From assembly GCA_013265495.1 (NCBI GenBank), contig MU058844.1, positions 2,397,520 to 2,461,519 on the forward strand: DNA of 64,000 nt, in the 5' to 3' direction. A program made the position numbers and the translations under genes. Source of the DNA: Vicugna vicugna (Eukaryota). How positions within the stretch are numbered: position 1 is the stretch's first letter; every line of letters begins with the position of its first letter. The notes under the pieces are model-generated. The model was given only the letters and a program-made list of their open reading frames with translations, had not been told where the DNA came from and ran no database searches. Below, piece by piece: positions 51,401 to 64,000 of the stretch.

Positions 51401-52855
51401 TTTTCATAAGAATTAAGAAGGATCTTTAATAAATAATAGAAGGAGTGGAGTTTTTCTGTAGTATGGTATTTTAAGTCTTTATCAGATAATTCTGCATTTC
51501 ATAAAGTGCCCATCATGCACAGAGATCCATAAACTCACTCCCCTAAATTACAATGGAAAAGTCTTTGTGCCTGCTATCAGGTGGATGGGTGTGCAGAACC
51601 TCTCACAGAGCTGGGAACAAAGTCTGAGGCTGTTCCATGTGCAGTTGACTTTCCTGGGTCTTTTAAAACTCAATTTTCTTCCAAGTACCTCTTATTTTTA
51701 ATTCCTGTAACACATTTTCACTGCCTTCTCCTCACCACCCACATCAAGGTTGAATATCTCTCTTTCCCACTGCTATGCTTTTGCTTCTGCCTACATCATT
51801 TCACTCATTCCTCCTACCTGCTTTTCTAATGTCTCCTTTCATTTTAAACAAGTGCATCTTCCACCTACCTTCATGAAGATCTGAAGATTCCCTTAGAGAA
51901 TTCTAGCTACTAGTACATAAATAGATGTATTTTTTCCAGGCAAACTTATTCTGAGAAATAGTAAGTTTGCTTTTCCAGTTGAGTACAAGCCCAATATTTT
52001 ATACATACCCTTCTAAAAGCAAATATTAAGTGAATATACTTTCTGAATCTCATCAATAAAGTCTGAAACTCTTCTTAATCATTTGATATAATCATGATTT
52101 GTCAGTTCATTCTTCATCCTTTATAATTAAGAATAAGAATTCTACTACCACATTTTTATAACAGCAGCTTTATGATTTTTGCATTACCCCCTTATTAGCT
52201 AGCAACTACGAAACATTGAATTTTATTCACTGACATGCCATTTTATATTATTTGTGAATTTCTAAAAAATGTTTTAATGTAAATAAAGTAATATTTTCTA
52301 TAAAATGAATTTTATACTATGGTCATTCATTTATCAATTTATCCAACAAGTATTTTTTGGCACCTACTAAGTGCCATGCAATATTGTTTGCGCAAGAAAT
52401 ATAGTGGTTTGAAAGACTGAAAGTCTTTGCTTCTGGAGAGTAAAAAAGTTAACAACAACAACAAAGATATTCAGCATATTTGAGCTAGTAAATTTTTTTC
52501 AGTTAGTGACTAGTGGCCCAAGGAGATAAGCAAAAGGTGAGGGATGGAGTATAACAGAGGTGGGGTCAGATACAAAGAGTTTGATGCTTAATTTAATAGG
52601 TAATATTTCCAATTTTTAGATTCTTTTAAGGACCTAACAAAAAAAGCACTGCTGTATGTGATGTTGCCCAACAGTTTTTCAATGTGCATCCACTCCTGTA
52701 CCTACTGTGTAAATTATTCCAGGGACTGTGTTTTGACCTTTCAGCGCTGGAATGAAGGTGGGAAGGGTAGGCTTCCATTCACACCTAATTACAGAGACAA
52801 ATTCGTAGAATATAAAAAGCATTTTTTATCCACAAAATGAGGGATTTGGACTAAT

Positions 52856-53310
52856 CAAGGTTTTTAACCAGGGCACCATAGAATCCTACATAGTCTTTGG
52901 GTAAAATTCATGGATATTATGAAATTAAATGAGAAAAATTATCTCTATTTCCAAAAACCTCTAACTGAATTTTCTAGCATTTCCTTTAATTAAGAATAAA
53001 TTGATAATCATATCAGCACTACCTATGAGTTTTTCACCAATAGAAATAGATTTTTTTGTATTATGTCATAGATGTTTTGGATATTGCAAGCTTTCATTTA
53101 CTCCCATCACTACTGATAAATCATAATAACTATTAGATCCACAGCAAGATCACCCCACTAAATGCACTAATAAAGAATCACATATAACACTCCATCAGCA
53201 TTTCTTTTAACTAATATAGTAAAATCATTTTGATCTAATTTGTTTCCTTTATAACCCTATGTGCTTCAGTTTGTGAAATAAAAGAACAAGATGAGAGAAT
53301 GGTTACATGA
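52856..53310 (+). mobile_element. MER113-like hAT-Charlie DNA transposon
   Basis: aacctctaactgaattttctagcatttcctttaatta...tcaccaatagaaat...catcactact...taataaagaatcacatata match recalled MER113. Confidence 0.75.
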
Positions 53311-53369
53311 AATGAAAAGATATCAATATAAAGTAGGATACAGATATATTTTATTTTTAAATGCCAGTC

Positions 53370-53873
53370 AGAGCAGGACTGTGTAGTAAGTGGATGTCTG
53401 AACTGAGAGCTATAGAATGAGAAGCTGTGAGTATGAAAAATGAGGGAATAGACACAAGGGCAAGGGAATAGGACAAAAGTCCTAAAACAGGAAAAAAGTG
53501 TGGTGAAAGTTATAGGAGGCAGGAAAAGACAATGAGTGTGGCAAGGGTGAGAGCTGTGTGTTTGTCTCCGGCTATGCTCAGCTGCACAGGTTCACAAGTG
53601 GAATAACAGATAGATGAATTTCACCAGGGTTGTGGTTTAGGCATCAGAGTTTGGCAGATCAGGAGAAGAGAGGTGAAGATATATGCTATGGGTTAGTAAC
53701 AGTGATCATCGTGGAAACTAAGCAAAATAAGAACTATGAATACCGGAGGTGGAGAGATAAAAGAGGAATAGTGAGACGATGGTAAAATTAATCAGTGGTA
53801 AGGTCTAATGAAGTCTGAAGACTGCTGGAGGGAATATGTACTCATTTAGTGATGCTAGTAAGAGATGATGATG
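53370..53873 (-). mobile_element. L2 fragment(s)
   Basis: Purine-rich antisense L2-like sequence (tctgaactgagagctatagaatgagaag, gggaataggacaaaagtcct). Confidence 0.5.
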
Positions 53874-53878
53874 GCTAT

Positions 53879-54244
53879 TGTCTTAATCAGCTCCGACTGC
53901 TATAACAAACACCACAGACAGGGTAACTTAAACAACAGAAATTTACTTCCCACAGTTCTGAGGTCTTGAAGTCCAAGATCATGGTGCAGCAAGGTTGAGT
54001 TTTGATGAGAGCCCTCTTCCTGCTTGGTAGATGGATAACTTTTTGCTTTATCTTCATGAGGCAATAAAAGAGACCATGCCTGCCTGTCTGCCTCTTCTTA
54101 AAAGACCACTAATCCCATTCATGATGGTTCCACCCACATGATCTAACTGCCTTGCAAAGGCCTTACCTCCACTACTGCATTTGGGATTAGGACCTCATTG
54201 TATGAATCTGGGAGGTGAGGGACACAGACACTAAGCCCATAGCA
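53879..54244 (-). mobile_element. MLT1A-like MaLR solo LTR, complete
   Basis: tgtcttaatcag...cccatagca termini; cttaaacaacagaaatttacttcccacagttctg and gaagtccaagatca motifs; 5-bp TSD gctat/actat. Confidence 0.9.
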
Positions 54245-54817
54245 ACTATGATGATACAGAGAAGTATATAATTCAAAATACTTTCCTGTTATTGTTACCA
54301 GGATACTGGAAAGGAAGCTTAAGTGAGGTAAGGAGTTTTTCCTATACCAATTTATTCCCAGCTCTTAGAATTGTGTCTGGCACACAGAAGGTGCTTAATA
54401 AATGCTAACAAATTAAATGAACAGATGTACATGTAAGCAAGATGTAGGACTGCCAGGTTTCTGAGTGGATGAAATTTTTTAATTAGGGAGGAGGGGATGG
54501 AGAAAAGGTTTGTAGTTATTTCATAAAAATGGATAAGAATCATACATATTATTATCATCATCTTTTTATCAATAACACTCTTCTTGGAGCACTTATTCCA
54601 ACACAAATACCACCATAGAATCATAACAAAAAAAATGTATGAGATATACGATTCCTTCTTTCCTAGAGGTAAGAACATGTGGGGGATTTAGCTGATATTT
54701 AGGCAAGTATGGAAGAAGAGGGCAACAGATTTCTCACCAGCAAAACTGAACATTTAAAGAAAATGCAGAAATATCTTCAGTATCTTCATTGAAACTGCTT
54801 TGAATCTTGAATTCCAT

Positions 54818-54859
54818 TCCCAGCTAAACTACCAATCATCCTAGCTAAACTATCAATCA
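54818..54859 (+). repeat. 21-bp tandem duplication (2 mismatches)
   Basis: tcccagctaaactaccaatca / tcctagctaaactatcaatca. Confidence 0.85.
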
Positions 54860-55469
54860 AGGATGTGCAAAATAACAACAGTTTTAGAATTTGAAGACTA
54901 GGAAAGTCTGCACACTTCTAAAAATTGTTATTGGCAAAAACACTTTAGCAAAGCCAAAAATACCTCAAGTAATTAATATACTGTGGATAGGTCTCCAAAG
55001 TGCAATTAAAGAAAAGCTCTGGATTATAGAGTTATTTAAGCCTAAGAAGCCTTCCTAACAAGTCCTTTTAACAAATATATTATTAAGCAATGGCTCAATT
55101 TAGTGATTTGTTGAATATAATGACTTCTTATTCTATAAACAATCAGGAAACAAAAGAAAACCAAGGGAAATTAGAAATCCCAGGAAAAATAGACATCAAT
55201 GCTAGAAAGTCATAATCCAAATACTAAGTACATAAAATGTAACATTATTTTTAGCAAATTAATTAAATATAGGAAAAGATTGTACATTTGGTTTTGATGA
55301 TTAAATTGCCTCATTTAAGTAACACAGATTACCAAGGTAGATATCTTTTCTCTTCAAATCCATTCCCACTAGTTATGCAGAATGTCAATATTGTATATAC
55401 TTGACATTACAAAAACTATTTTCATATTTAATAATTAACTTAGCCCCTAGTGAGGAAGATTTACCCCAC

Positions 55470-55575
55470 AAAATCAGAGGTTCTTACAGGACAGAAATTC
55501 TGTCTTGTTCACTGATAAGTGAATATCACCAAGAGCAGTACCTGGCCTGACAAATAATAAGCACTCAATAAATTA
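55470..55575 (+). mobile_element. L2 3' terminus
   Basis: tgtcttgttcactg...cagtacctggc...gcactcaataaat. Confidence 0.7.
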
Positions 55576-58500
55576 CAACTCCCCCCCAACCAAAAAAAGA
55601 AAGGTTAGTTCACTTGAGAGAGACTGAGGGGGCTGAGGAAGGGAGACACATGCGATACCTTGAAAATTAGTACGAATCCTCAAGGAGGTTGAAGATGGAA
55701 TGTGGCAAAGAAAACAGCATATCAAGAGGAACATCACAGGTAAAGGGCACAGTCTATAAATAATTTGGTGTGGAGGAAAGACTGGACACAAGATTGGGGA
55801 GAGGAAAAAGGGCTAAGCCAGTACATGGAAGGAGTTTAAAGCTTATGCTTTGTCCCTCTGAATAGATACATTTTTTTTAAAAAAAAACCTGTGAATTTAC
55901 TCATTTATAAAAAAACGATGTGGAAGATATTTCCAAAGTAAGGCAACTTGGCAAATGAAGTTAAAGCTCACTTGAAGTAAGAATAAGAATGGAAAAAAGA
56001 CACTTAGATGATCATAATACAAGGGCTCACCTTCCTCAAAACAATAACTCTAAATGATCCTTCACAGAGTAATACTTATATATAAAGAAAAGCTTCTCTC
56101 TTTCCAAGCAAAACACCACACATATATAACAAACAAATTATTTAAAGTTACTCATGGGTCCAATGGTTCCTGAAACTCAATTTTATCACGTGTTTTTTTT
56201 TTTTTTAACTCTGTGAATGTAGGATTGCAGTGCATCCATGTCTACTATCTGTCCCTTCTATATGCCCTTGTGTTACAAAGTTAGAAGTTATCAATAAAGT
56301 AAAAGAAATAAAGAAAGAGAGGGAGAAAAGAAAGACTAAAAGACCCAACAAAAGAAGAAAGAAGAAAAGCCAAATTGATGAATGTACCAGGAATTCCTGC
56401 ATGTCACTACACTTAAGCATTTATCGGCAGAAAGGCAAATATGCATCTTGGTAGCTTTCATTTTTTTCCCAAAGCACAACTTAATTAATGCTGTCATATA
56501 GCTCCTGGTAACGGACTCATACCATAACAGTCCTCCCACGCCACAAGATCAATGGAACCCTGGAAGCTACAGCAGAAAGAAATTAGAATGTGCATCAAAT
56601 TTGTGAAGCTCATAAAGAAAACACATTTGCCCTTCATGTATTTTTTAAAAGATTCTTGCTTCATTATATCTTATAAATGGTTTCTCTATTCAGCACAGCA
56701 AATAGAATTGAACTTTGATGTTATCCCATTTCTCAGAAGACTAGAATGCCATTCAGTTTTAATAAAGATTTTAGTGGTGATGTTATTATGTTTAGGTGCC
56801 CAGTTATGCCATAGGGGCTTTGTAATGTCTAAGAAAGAGCCTGGCTTATGAGCTCATTTATGTGCCTCATTTCCTTCTTTCCTCTCTCTTTAGCACTCAA
56901 GAATCAAGTCTTATTTCCAACTTTAAGATTAACTTATTGATCAGCTATACCTCAAACTTTGTCTTCAGTAGCATATTGGAGTGTGTAACAGGAAAAATAA
57001 AACTGAAAATTTAGAACAGTATTTAGGAATACGTACTCACTTAAATCAGTTTGGCTTTAGAGTAATTTAACTTTTAGATCAAAATAGTAGTTTTGGAGTC
57101 GTGACATTTAAGTAATTAATTTAACCCCAGGACCAAACTCTCAGTACTGACTGAAAAAGTTGTATTTTAAAACACTATTCCATGCAAGCAAACAAAAAAA
57201 TTTGCATCTCTCTCATTCCATATGTAATCGTTTATTGCTTCTTGTTTTCCCACATTAGGTGTTTGCCATTTGCTTCTCCCAAAATAAGTCATTCCAAAAT
57301 GGAATAATTAGTTGAAGTCTGAATACTTAGTTATAAGATTCCATTTTTTCTTAGTTTATTTTAATATTTTACGGTATTGTCAACAAATATCATGTGAGGA
57401 AAACAGATTTAACTTATTGTGCTTTGTATTTTTGAAATTGTTGAAAATATTCTTAAATTTATTTTAATGGCTCAATATTCTTAAATATATTTTAAGAGTT
57501 TGCTGATTAAAAGTTTAATACTGTATATAACTTGTGATATATAAAAGTTGCTTACAATTTCAACAATATTCTAAAGAGGTATGATATGCCTATTACATCT
57601 ACTGATGCGAGATTTCTTAAAATTGGTTGAATGATCTAGCATTAGGTCAAAATCCCGCCACAATATTTTAGTATTTTGAGGTAGTAACAGAAATTACATT
57701 ACATGCTCATCTTTTGTCGTTGACTACTACTAGATTTGTAAATCCTGGTTTCCTTATTCAATGGCTAATTTTAGTGAGCTATAGGATTTTTAATAACAGA
57801 TTTTATGACTTTGTATCTACATATTCTGCACAGACTATAAAACTAGTTTTAACTCATACTATCAGTATAATTTAGAAAAGAGGTTCATTAAATTTCTTAT
57901 TACCAACTTAATATTAGGTTTCCTTATTTCCCTTCTATTCTAAGTAATGATGCACAACTTCAATAAATGTAGTTTGCTAAAGCTACTGCAGTTATTTTGG
58001 AGCAACATTTTAAGAATTTAATACCAGCAATGCATTTATAATGTTTCTTGCACCTCTACAACATGGATGAAAATATTGACTTTTTTCTTGCAGAGTTAAA
58101 AGAATCACTATTAAAAATGATCCGAAAATGTATGTGCTCTTGATTAATACTGGCTGTTAATTTAATATATGAAATCCATATTTTTGTCATAGCAATGAAA
58201 TTCAAGTTTTTACACTTGAATATGAATAGGAAAAAAAATATCAATAATGTAATGAAGAATTACATTGAGTTAAGACATTGCACAACTGTATTATTGTATT
58301 ACTTCATTACTGCATGCAATGAAAAAGTAATGCTCAAATATCCCAATGGCTACATTGCCCTTTTCTGAGCTTGTGGATACAATAGGTGAAATTCTGATTT
58401 CTCTGAGATAATTATGATGCACACGAAGAGAACAAATTTTTTTCAGCTATGTCCTTTTTTCAATCTTTATGTATAAATCATTGTACATATATAACACATG

Positions 58501-59334
58501 CATAATTTTACACATAGAAAACAGAGTTTTTAATTCTTTGAAGTTATTTAATAGATATATTTAAGAAATGTAATAATGTCAAAAGCTTACCAAGTAAAAG
58601 TGCCCATTTTATAGTTTCTTATTTTTTCACAATCTGTTTATGTGACCCAAATGGACCAGTTTCAGGGGTAGTCTAGAAGAACTAGTTGTACAGAATATAG
58701 CTGAAGCTATGGAGTGAAGACTGAACTATTTTGGGATGGGGCAGTATTAGTAAGCTATCCAAAATCTAAGATCTAAGTTAAAATTTTAACAAACTCTTAA
58801 CCTGTTTAACCAGTATAATTTAGGTGGAGCACAGGTATAGTACTGGTAGCATGAATCATTTTCACTGCATATGAGACCTCTGCTATCATTTTCTATCAAT
58901 TTAATTTATTTATTTTTTATTAAAAGTGCTTTACAAACAAGTATGTATGTGCGTGTGTGTGCACACGCGTGTGTAAACCTACACACATCAAGAATTTAGG
59001 TTAGGGATTAGCTATTCCCAAGTATTTCATGTATATTGAAGAATGTTGCCCTAATTAGATTTTCATGGCAGATATGGTTAACATGAATGACAGATATAGT
59101 TAATACAGAAGTTTCATAAAATAGAGGAGGGTGGTTTATAATAACATATAAAATGACATTTATAATGGTTGTTTGAGTCACTATTCATGTCTGGTCTCAA
59201 CTGGAAATTCAAAGAGAAGTCTTTCCTAAGAAACCTTGAATAAAGATGGAGGAAAGTGTAGAGATGGTATAGAAACAAACTAGAAGTGTTGAACCTGATG
59301 GTCTGTATTTATTTTACTAATGGAGGCAGCACTT

Positions 59335-59690
59335 ACTAATAGCACTTAATAAGTAAACATATACTAAATACCAAGTACTTTGATAAACTCTTTGCATTTA
59401 TTATCTCATTTAATCCTTACGGCAACCTTAAAGGATAAGTATTATGATTACATCTTTTTAACAGTTGACAATACTGAGACACAGAGCAGGTAAGTATCAG
59501 TCGTTTACAATGCCTGGAAGTGCTACTCACATTCTTAAGAATACACTATTCAATAGAATGTAAATTTTACCCTCTGGTATTATACAAGGAACAGCCCTAC
59601 CAAGATGACAGCTGGTAAGAGAAAGAAACTAGAGTTGAATCCATATAATTGAAGTTTTGAATCTATATTCTTAAATACTTTAACCATCCT
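59335..59690 (-). mobile_element. MIR SINE (interrupted at ~59497-59595)
   Basis: ttatctcatttaatccttacggcaacctta...actgagacacagag, resuming at ccaagatgacagctggtaag. Confidence 0.7.
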
Positions 59691-60329
59691 AGAAAATATT
59701 GCTATTCTAGAAATCCAATTTTATTTTTTTGATAAAAACATCATTATAAAACAATAGCCTAAAAGACAAGCACTTAACAAAAAACTGTGAAATTTATCCT
59801 AATATCAGCATAATATTCTTGTTGGGAATGTTTTTATTAAAAAATGCATTTATAGCTTACAGTGTAATCAAAGTTTACTCTGATGTTCATAAGACTTTAA
59901 TGAATAAACATTAGCATGAGTAGGTTGACTCAAATGTGCCACTCATTAGGGCTAGAAGCCATAACTAATTCACAAGAATAAAAAATTCCCATCATGATAG
60001 AATGTTATTTATCAATCACTGATACTGAAAAGAGATCAATACTGATTATCAATAGAGACTTGAATTTAAAAAGAAAAGTTTATATATACCAGAAAAAGTA
60101 CAAAGTGGGCAAATAAAAATTTAAGAAAAGCATTTTATAATTTGAAGCTGACATAAATATTGTATCTTATTAATTTAACTACTCTTGACAATTGCTACAA
60201 ATATTCATCCACATCAATAGTACTGTAAGTGTATGTAATGCAGATATTGCTGATTGCTCAGTATCTGCTGAATACTAGATATTCATAATGGATTGGATTT
60301 TGTTTGAGGTGTCAATAGCCTGCTTAAAA

Positions 60330-60800
60330 CAAACAAGCAAAAAACCTGCTTCTTGACTCACTTACAAATAGAGGTGGTCATACAATATATTTCTGGGTTA
60401 ATAAACCATAAGAGGATTTATTCCAAGAAAGCACCACTTCTTCCTACTTCCTCTCCTTTCTTCCTGTATGACTATGGTTAAGTGCCATGCTTAGAGTTGG
60501 AACAACCACTTGGTAATCTTAAGGATAAAAGTCAGAAAATAAGGGTAACAGAACAGCCTAAAACAGTCCTAACTGACATAGGACACAAAGGAAAACCAGA
60601 AGAGAACAGAGTACTGATTAGATGATATGAACTTAGGAAGCAGTGTCAATAGATCCTATCTTGCTAATGCACAGTGCTGTGGAAAGGCTGAGTCAGGGCC
60701 CTGGGTTCTTCTGTTTATAAGTAATACAACATTTGACAAGATAGTGCACTTCTCCATGACTTTTATTATGTCTCAAGTCAAGAAGTTAATCTCAATAACT
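60330..60800 (+). mobile_element. Old MLT1 (J/K-like) MaLR LTR remnant
   Basis: aaatagaggtggtcat, cctttcttcctg, atgcttagagttggaacaaccacttgg motifs. Confidence 0.5.
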
Positions 60801-62000
60801 TATTTTTAACTGAGAAGATGGAAGGTCAAAAGTTCTAGGTTGTGGTTTTATATTGCATATTCAATATTATGTTCTTATAGTTCCCAACATAAATTATGTA
60901 TATTAAACCTGACAATCTCTATACCAGTTTAAATAAGAAAACATATTCCAGTGAGTATCAATAAAAAGCAGCAAATACCACATGGAAGAGCTATCATACT
61001 CTGTGAGAGAGCACCACATTTTAAATTTATCAGAAAAAGATACAGCCTATAGTACCCTGAACCGTTGCTCAGATTGGTTTTTAAGGGGGTTTTAAAATTC
61101 CATCATTTTGTAGGTAATGATCAACATCACAGTGTAGTTAGTGATAGAGCTGGAAAATTGTTTTTTATTTCATAGCTCTAAGTTTTTTTCTCTGCCTACT
61201 ATATTTATGTATTCATTTATAATAATGTTAGTCTTTACAGTTGGATTCAGAACATAATGTGAATAGAGGAAAATTTGGAAATTAGTCCTTGAAAATTTAA
61301 ATAAGGAATTTTTCTATTTCTCTTTGTCTTTTACATTTTATAGAGCTGGTATGGTATATTTTTGTTTAAGAACTTAGAAGTAGACTAATATAAAAGTTGA
61401 GGCCTGGATTCTTTATAGATATGACCTTGCATTTCTCTATGAAAGTCCTTCTTTATGTGTTTTTCAATATACTCCTAAATTTTTACAGCCCAGTCTAATA
61501 ACTGTCACATAAGGTTTAGAGGAAATATGGGCATATATAACCAACAATCTGTGAATAGTGGCTTTGATTTCAGATGAGTTTCAAAAGCTCTTTTGTTCAC
61601 ATGTAGATATTATGCAGTATATGATATGCCTTCTCTCAACTTCACAGTAAATATTAATGAAAATATACAAAATGACTGAAATGTCAAAAACTGAAAACAA
61701 CAGAGTAAATTAAATTTAAAGTAAAACTATTTGGTAAAGTCCAGGGATCCATTCTTACTTAGCGCATATCAATGGTGATGTGTTGAGAAATACGTCCTTG
61801 GAATATGACTCAGCATATCTCCACTCTCTAAATTAGAACACTGCAGAGAACCACTTCTCTCCCTACCCAATCCACCTCCCCAAACTAAAAAAGAGAGAGT
61901 GGTAATGAAAAAGATACTGATCTCAGTACTATTTGTTGACCCCTTCAGTTTCAAGGCACACAAAATTGTCACTCATAACTCCAAATGCTCAGGGACAAAC

Positions 62001-62470
62001 TGTTGACTTAAAGAAAAATAAACAACATTTAAGAGTTGTGAGTTTGTTTCATTAAGGAACTTACTGAAGACTACAGCCATGGAGACAACTCTGAGGAACT
62101 GCTCTGAACAGGTAGGAGAGGAACCAGTATATCTATGAATTTGGAGGGGTAGGAAATATATGCAGTCAAGCATGCATTTTGTTAGAAGATTATTGCTAAT
62201 CACAAAGAACAGATACTTCAAGTTAATGATTTTAGTGCTTTTTTATGTATGGGAAGATGCAAGAATCCGGATCATCGAAATTCTTCCTGCTATATGCACT
62301 TAACTATCTAGAGGCCCTTTCTCCAAAGCACAGAGCACTTCATCTTGTTTTTTCCCCCCTGAATTCCCTTCCAGGTACACTGCACATGGGTAACTGCAAT
62401 GGGTTACAACTTAACCCTTTAGAACTGAATAATGAGCAACCCTCTTTGTTCCTTTTTTTTTTTTTTCACA
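62001..62470 (-). mobile_element. ERV1-type solo LTR (cetartiodactyl-type)
   Basis: tgttgact...tttcaca termini; ctctgaggaactgctc and tatgggaagatgcaagaatc motifs; no clean TSD. Confidence 0.7.
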
Positions 62471-62689
62471 TAGCTTTGCAGAGAGAGCCAGTCACCCGCC
62501 TCCACTTCCATTAGCTGTTCTCTGCCTGGATTCCTTCAGTGAAACAATTCTCAGTAGGTGACATAATGAGAAATAGGATATAAGACACAGAAACACATTG
62601 TAACATGTGATGCTAAATAGCCAAAGAAGCCAAATAGTTGTCAGGGAAGAAAATCAGGAAGCGCACCAAAAGCACAGTATGCTTTGGGG

Positions 62690-63300
62690 TGTAGTGTTTC
62701 ACATCTTTACTCTTGCAGTATTGGCCCTAACAGCTGGTTTTTGTTTTTCATAATGCAAGTGCCTGGCTTAAGCTCTGATTCCTGATGCATCCACTTCAAA
62801 GAGGTATCCACTTCAAAAATAGCTGTCTTTAATAAACACACTGTCAGCCACACGACTAGATAAAGATTCAGCCACAACCCCACCACCACCCTCTGCAGGT
62901 TCCTTCATTTGTAAGATCTCTGTCAATTTTGATTACTGACTATTGGGGCTACTTGTTTTTTTCTCTTCTTGTATTTTAAATTCCCATTCTTGTTCATCAA
63001 CAAAGAGTGAGCCCGTGAAACCCTAAGTTCATCAACAAAGAGTGAGCCTGTGAAACCCTAAGCCCCTATCCTTGACCCTAGTAAAAGCAGAACCCCAGGC
63101 TCATAGGTATACTTTCTCTCTCCCTACAATCTTGCTGTGTGGCCCCAGGTGTACCATGTAATTTTCAGGACTTGTAAGTAATAAAGCTTGTCTCTTTCAA
63201 AGTTTCCTAATGGTTATTGCTGAGGGCATCTTGCAATCATAGTAAGAACCACAAGGACTGGTCAACCATCACACTAGCTATAGGTAGGCTGAGACCAACA
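62690..63300 (+). mobile_element. LTR, probably ERVL-class
   Basis: TG...CA candidate termini; TATA-like agtaaaagcag, CT-rich R region, gtaataaagc polyA signal near 63180; start boundary uncertain. Confidence 0.5.
62992..63061 (+). repeat. 35-bp tandem duplication (1 mismatch at a CpG)
   Basis: gttcatcaacaaagagtgagcc(c/t)gtgaaaccctaa x2. Confidence 0.95.
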
Positions 63301-64000
63301 TGAAATAGTTTTATAGACAAAACAGGATATCTCCCAGGTCAGAGTACCAGCATGAGATTGAATCTCAGTCCACCAGCGCCACTTTCAACAAATCTCTACT
63401 GGATGTTACAAAGTGAGTTAGGATCCTTGAGCATCAGCCTGCCCTCCTAGTCTAGATCTGATTGGAGACTTTGTAGACCCCTAGAGTGGAGTAAGTACTC
63501 AGTGAAGGGGCTGAAAGTCTCAGCTCCACCAAATTCTAGCCCTAGACTCTTCACACCCACACCCAAGGGTAACTGAACAGTCAACAAATAAGCAAAGCAA
63601 ACAAATGAAATGAGGCCTTAGAAAAGGCAAGAACTCTCATAAAGAATTAGAGTAAGAGCTTAATTTTGAAAACTGTTTTCTGAAAGAAATAAAGGGGACA
63701 TTTAGAATGAAAATTTAGAACATCAGGTGCATGTTCTCTCAAAACACAAGAAAGATTGGAATGTATGAAAAAGAAACATAAGTCAACAAGTGGAGACAGG
63801 GCTGAAAGTGGGTCATTCAACAAATATTCATTGTGATGTAGGAGACAGACACACAAACACACAACTTAATTATAAACAGTTCAGACTTATTTCTAAAAAT
63901 AATACAAGAAATTATAATATGGAACTGTTGCTAAAGAACACAATTGATGCTGCAGAGGGTCAATTCAGAGGAAGTGCAAAGGAAAAGGACAAAGACATAA

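Noticed and set aside
23346..63061. Short direct repeats as a CRISPR-like array
   Set aside because: Each is an isolated two-copy duplication with unrelated sequence; there is no repeat-spacer periodicity and the context is eukaryotic.
689..63862. The many 60-126 aa ORFs in the track as genes
   Set aside because: They are short, compositionally biased and often lie in repeats, with no recognisable domain except L1 ORF2 remnants; this is expected by chance in AT-rich mammalian DNA.

Overview
AT-rich, CpG-depleted mammalian non-coding DNA (gene desert or large intron). It is most likely camelid, based on a Vic-1-type tRNA-derived SINE at 48683-48803 and cetartiodactyl-type L1 3' ends. I find no intact protein-coding gene, RNA gene, CRISPR array or prokaryote-like system; the only ORFs with recognisable protein content are decayed LINE-1 ORF2 pieces. 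Much of the window is interspersed repeat (L1, L2, CR1/L3, MIR, hAT fragments, MaLR and ERV LTRs). About 11 ERV1-type solo LTRs, some nested, are packed into the first 21 kb, while 42-59 kb has long unique stretches rich in homeodomain motifs. The most interesting items are: (i) a TSD-flanked insertion at 12579-13284 whose parts read like a circular permutation of an L1 3'-transduction transcript; (ii) a candidate 60-nt minus-strand exon at 5924-5983; (iii) the LTR hotspot, with intact and decayed STAT (GAS) motifs; (iv) several small template-switch and duplication scars. Repeat family names come from recalled consensus similarity, not a database search, and boundaries without a stated TSD are approximate.
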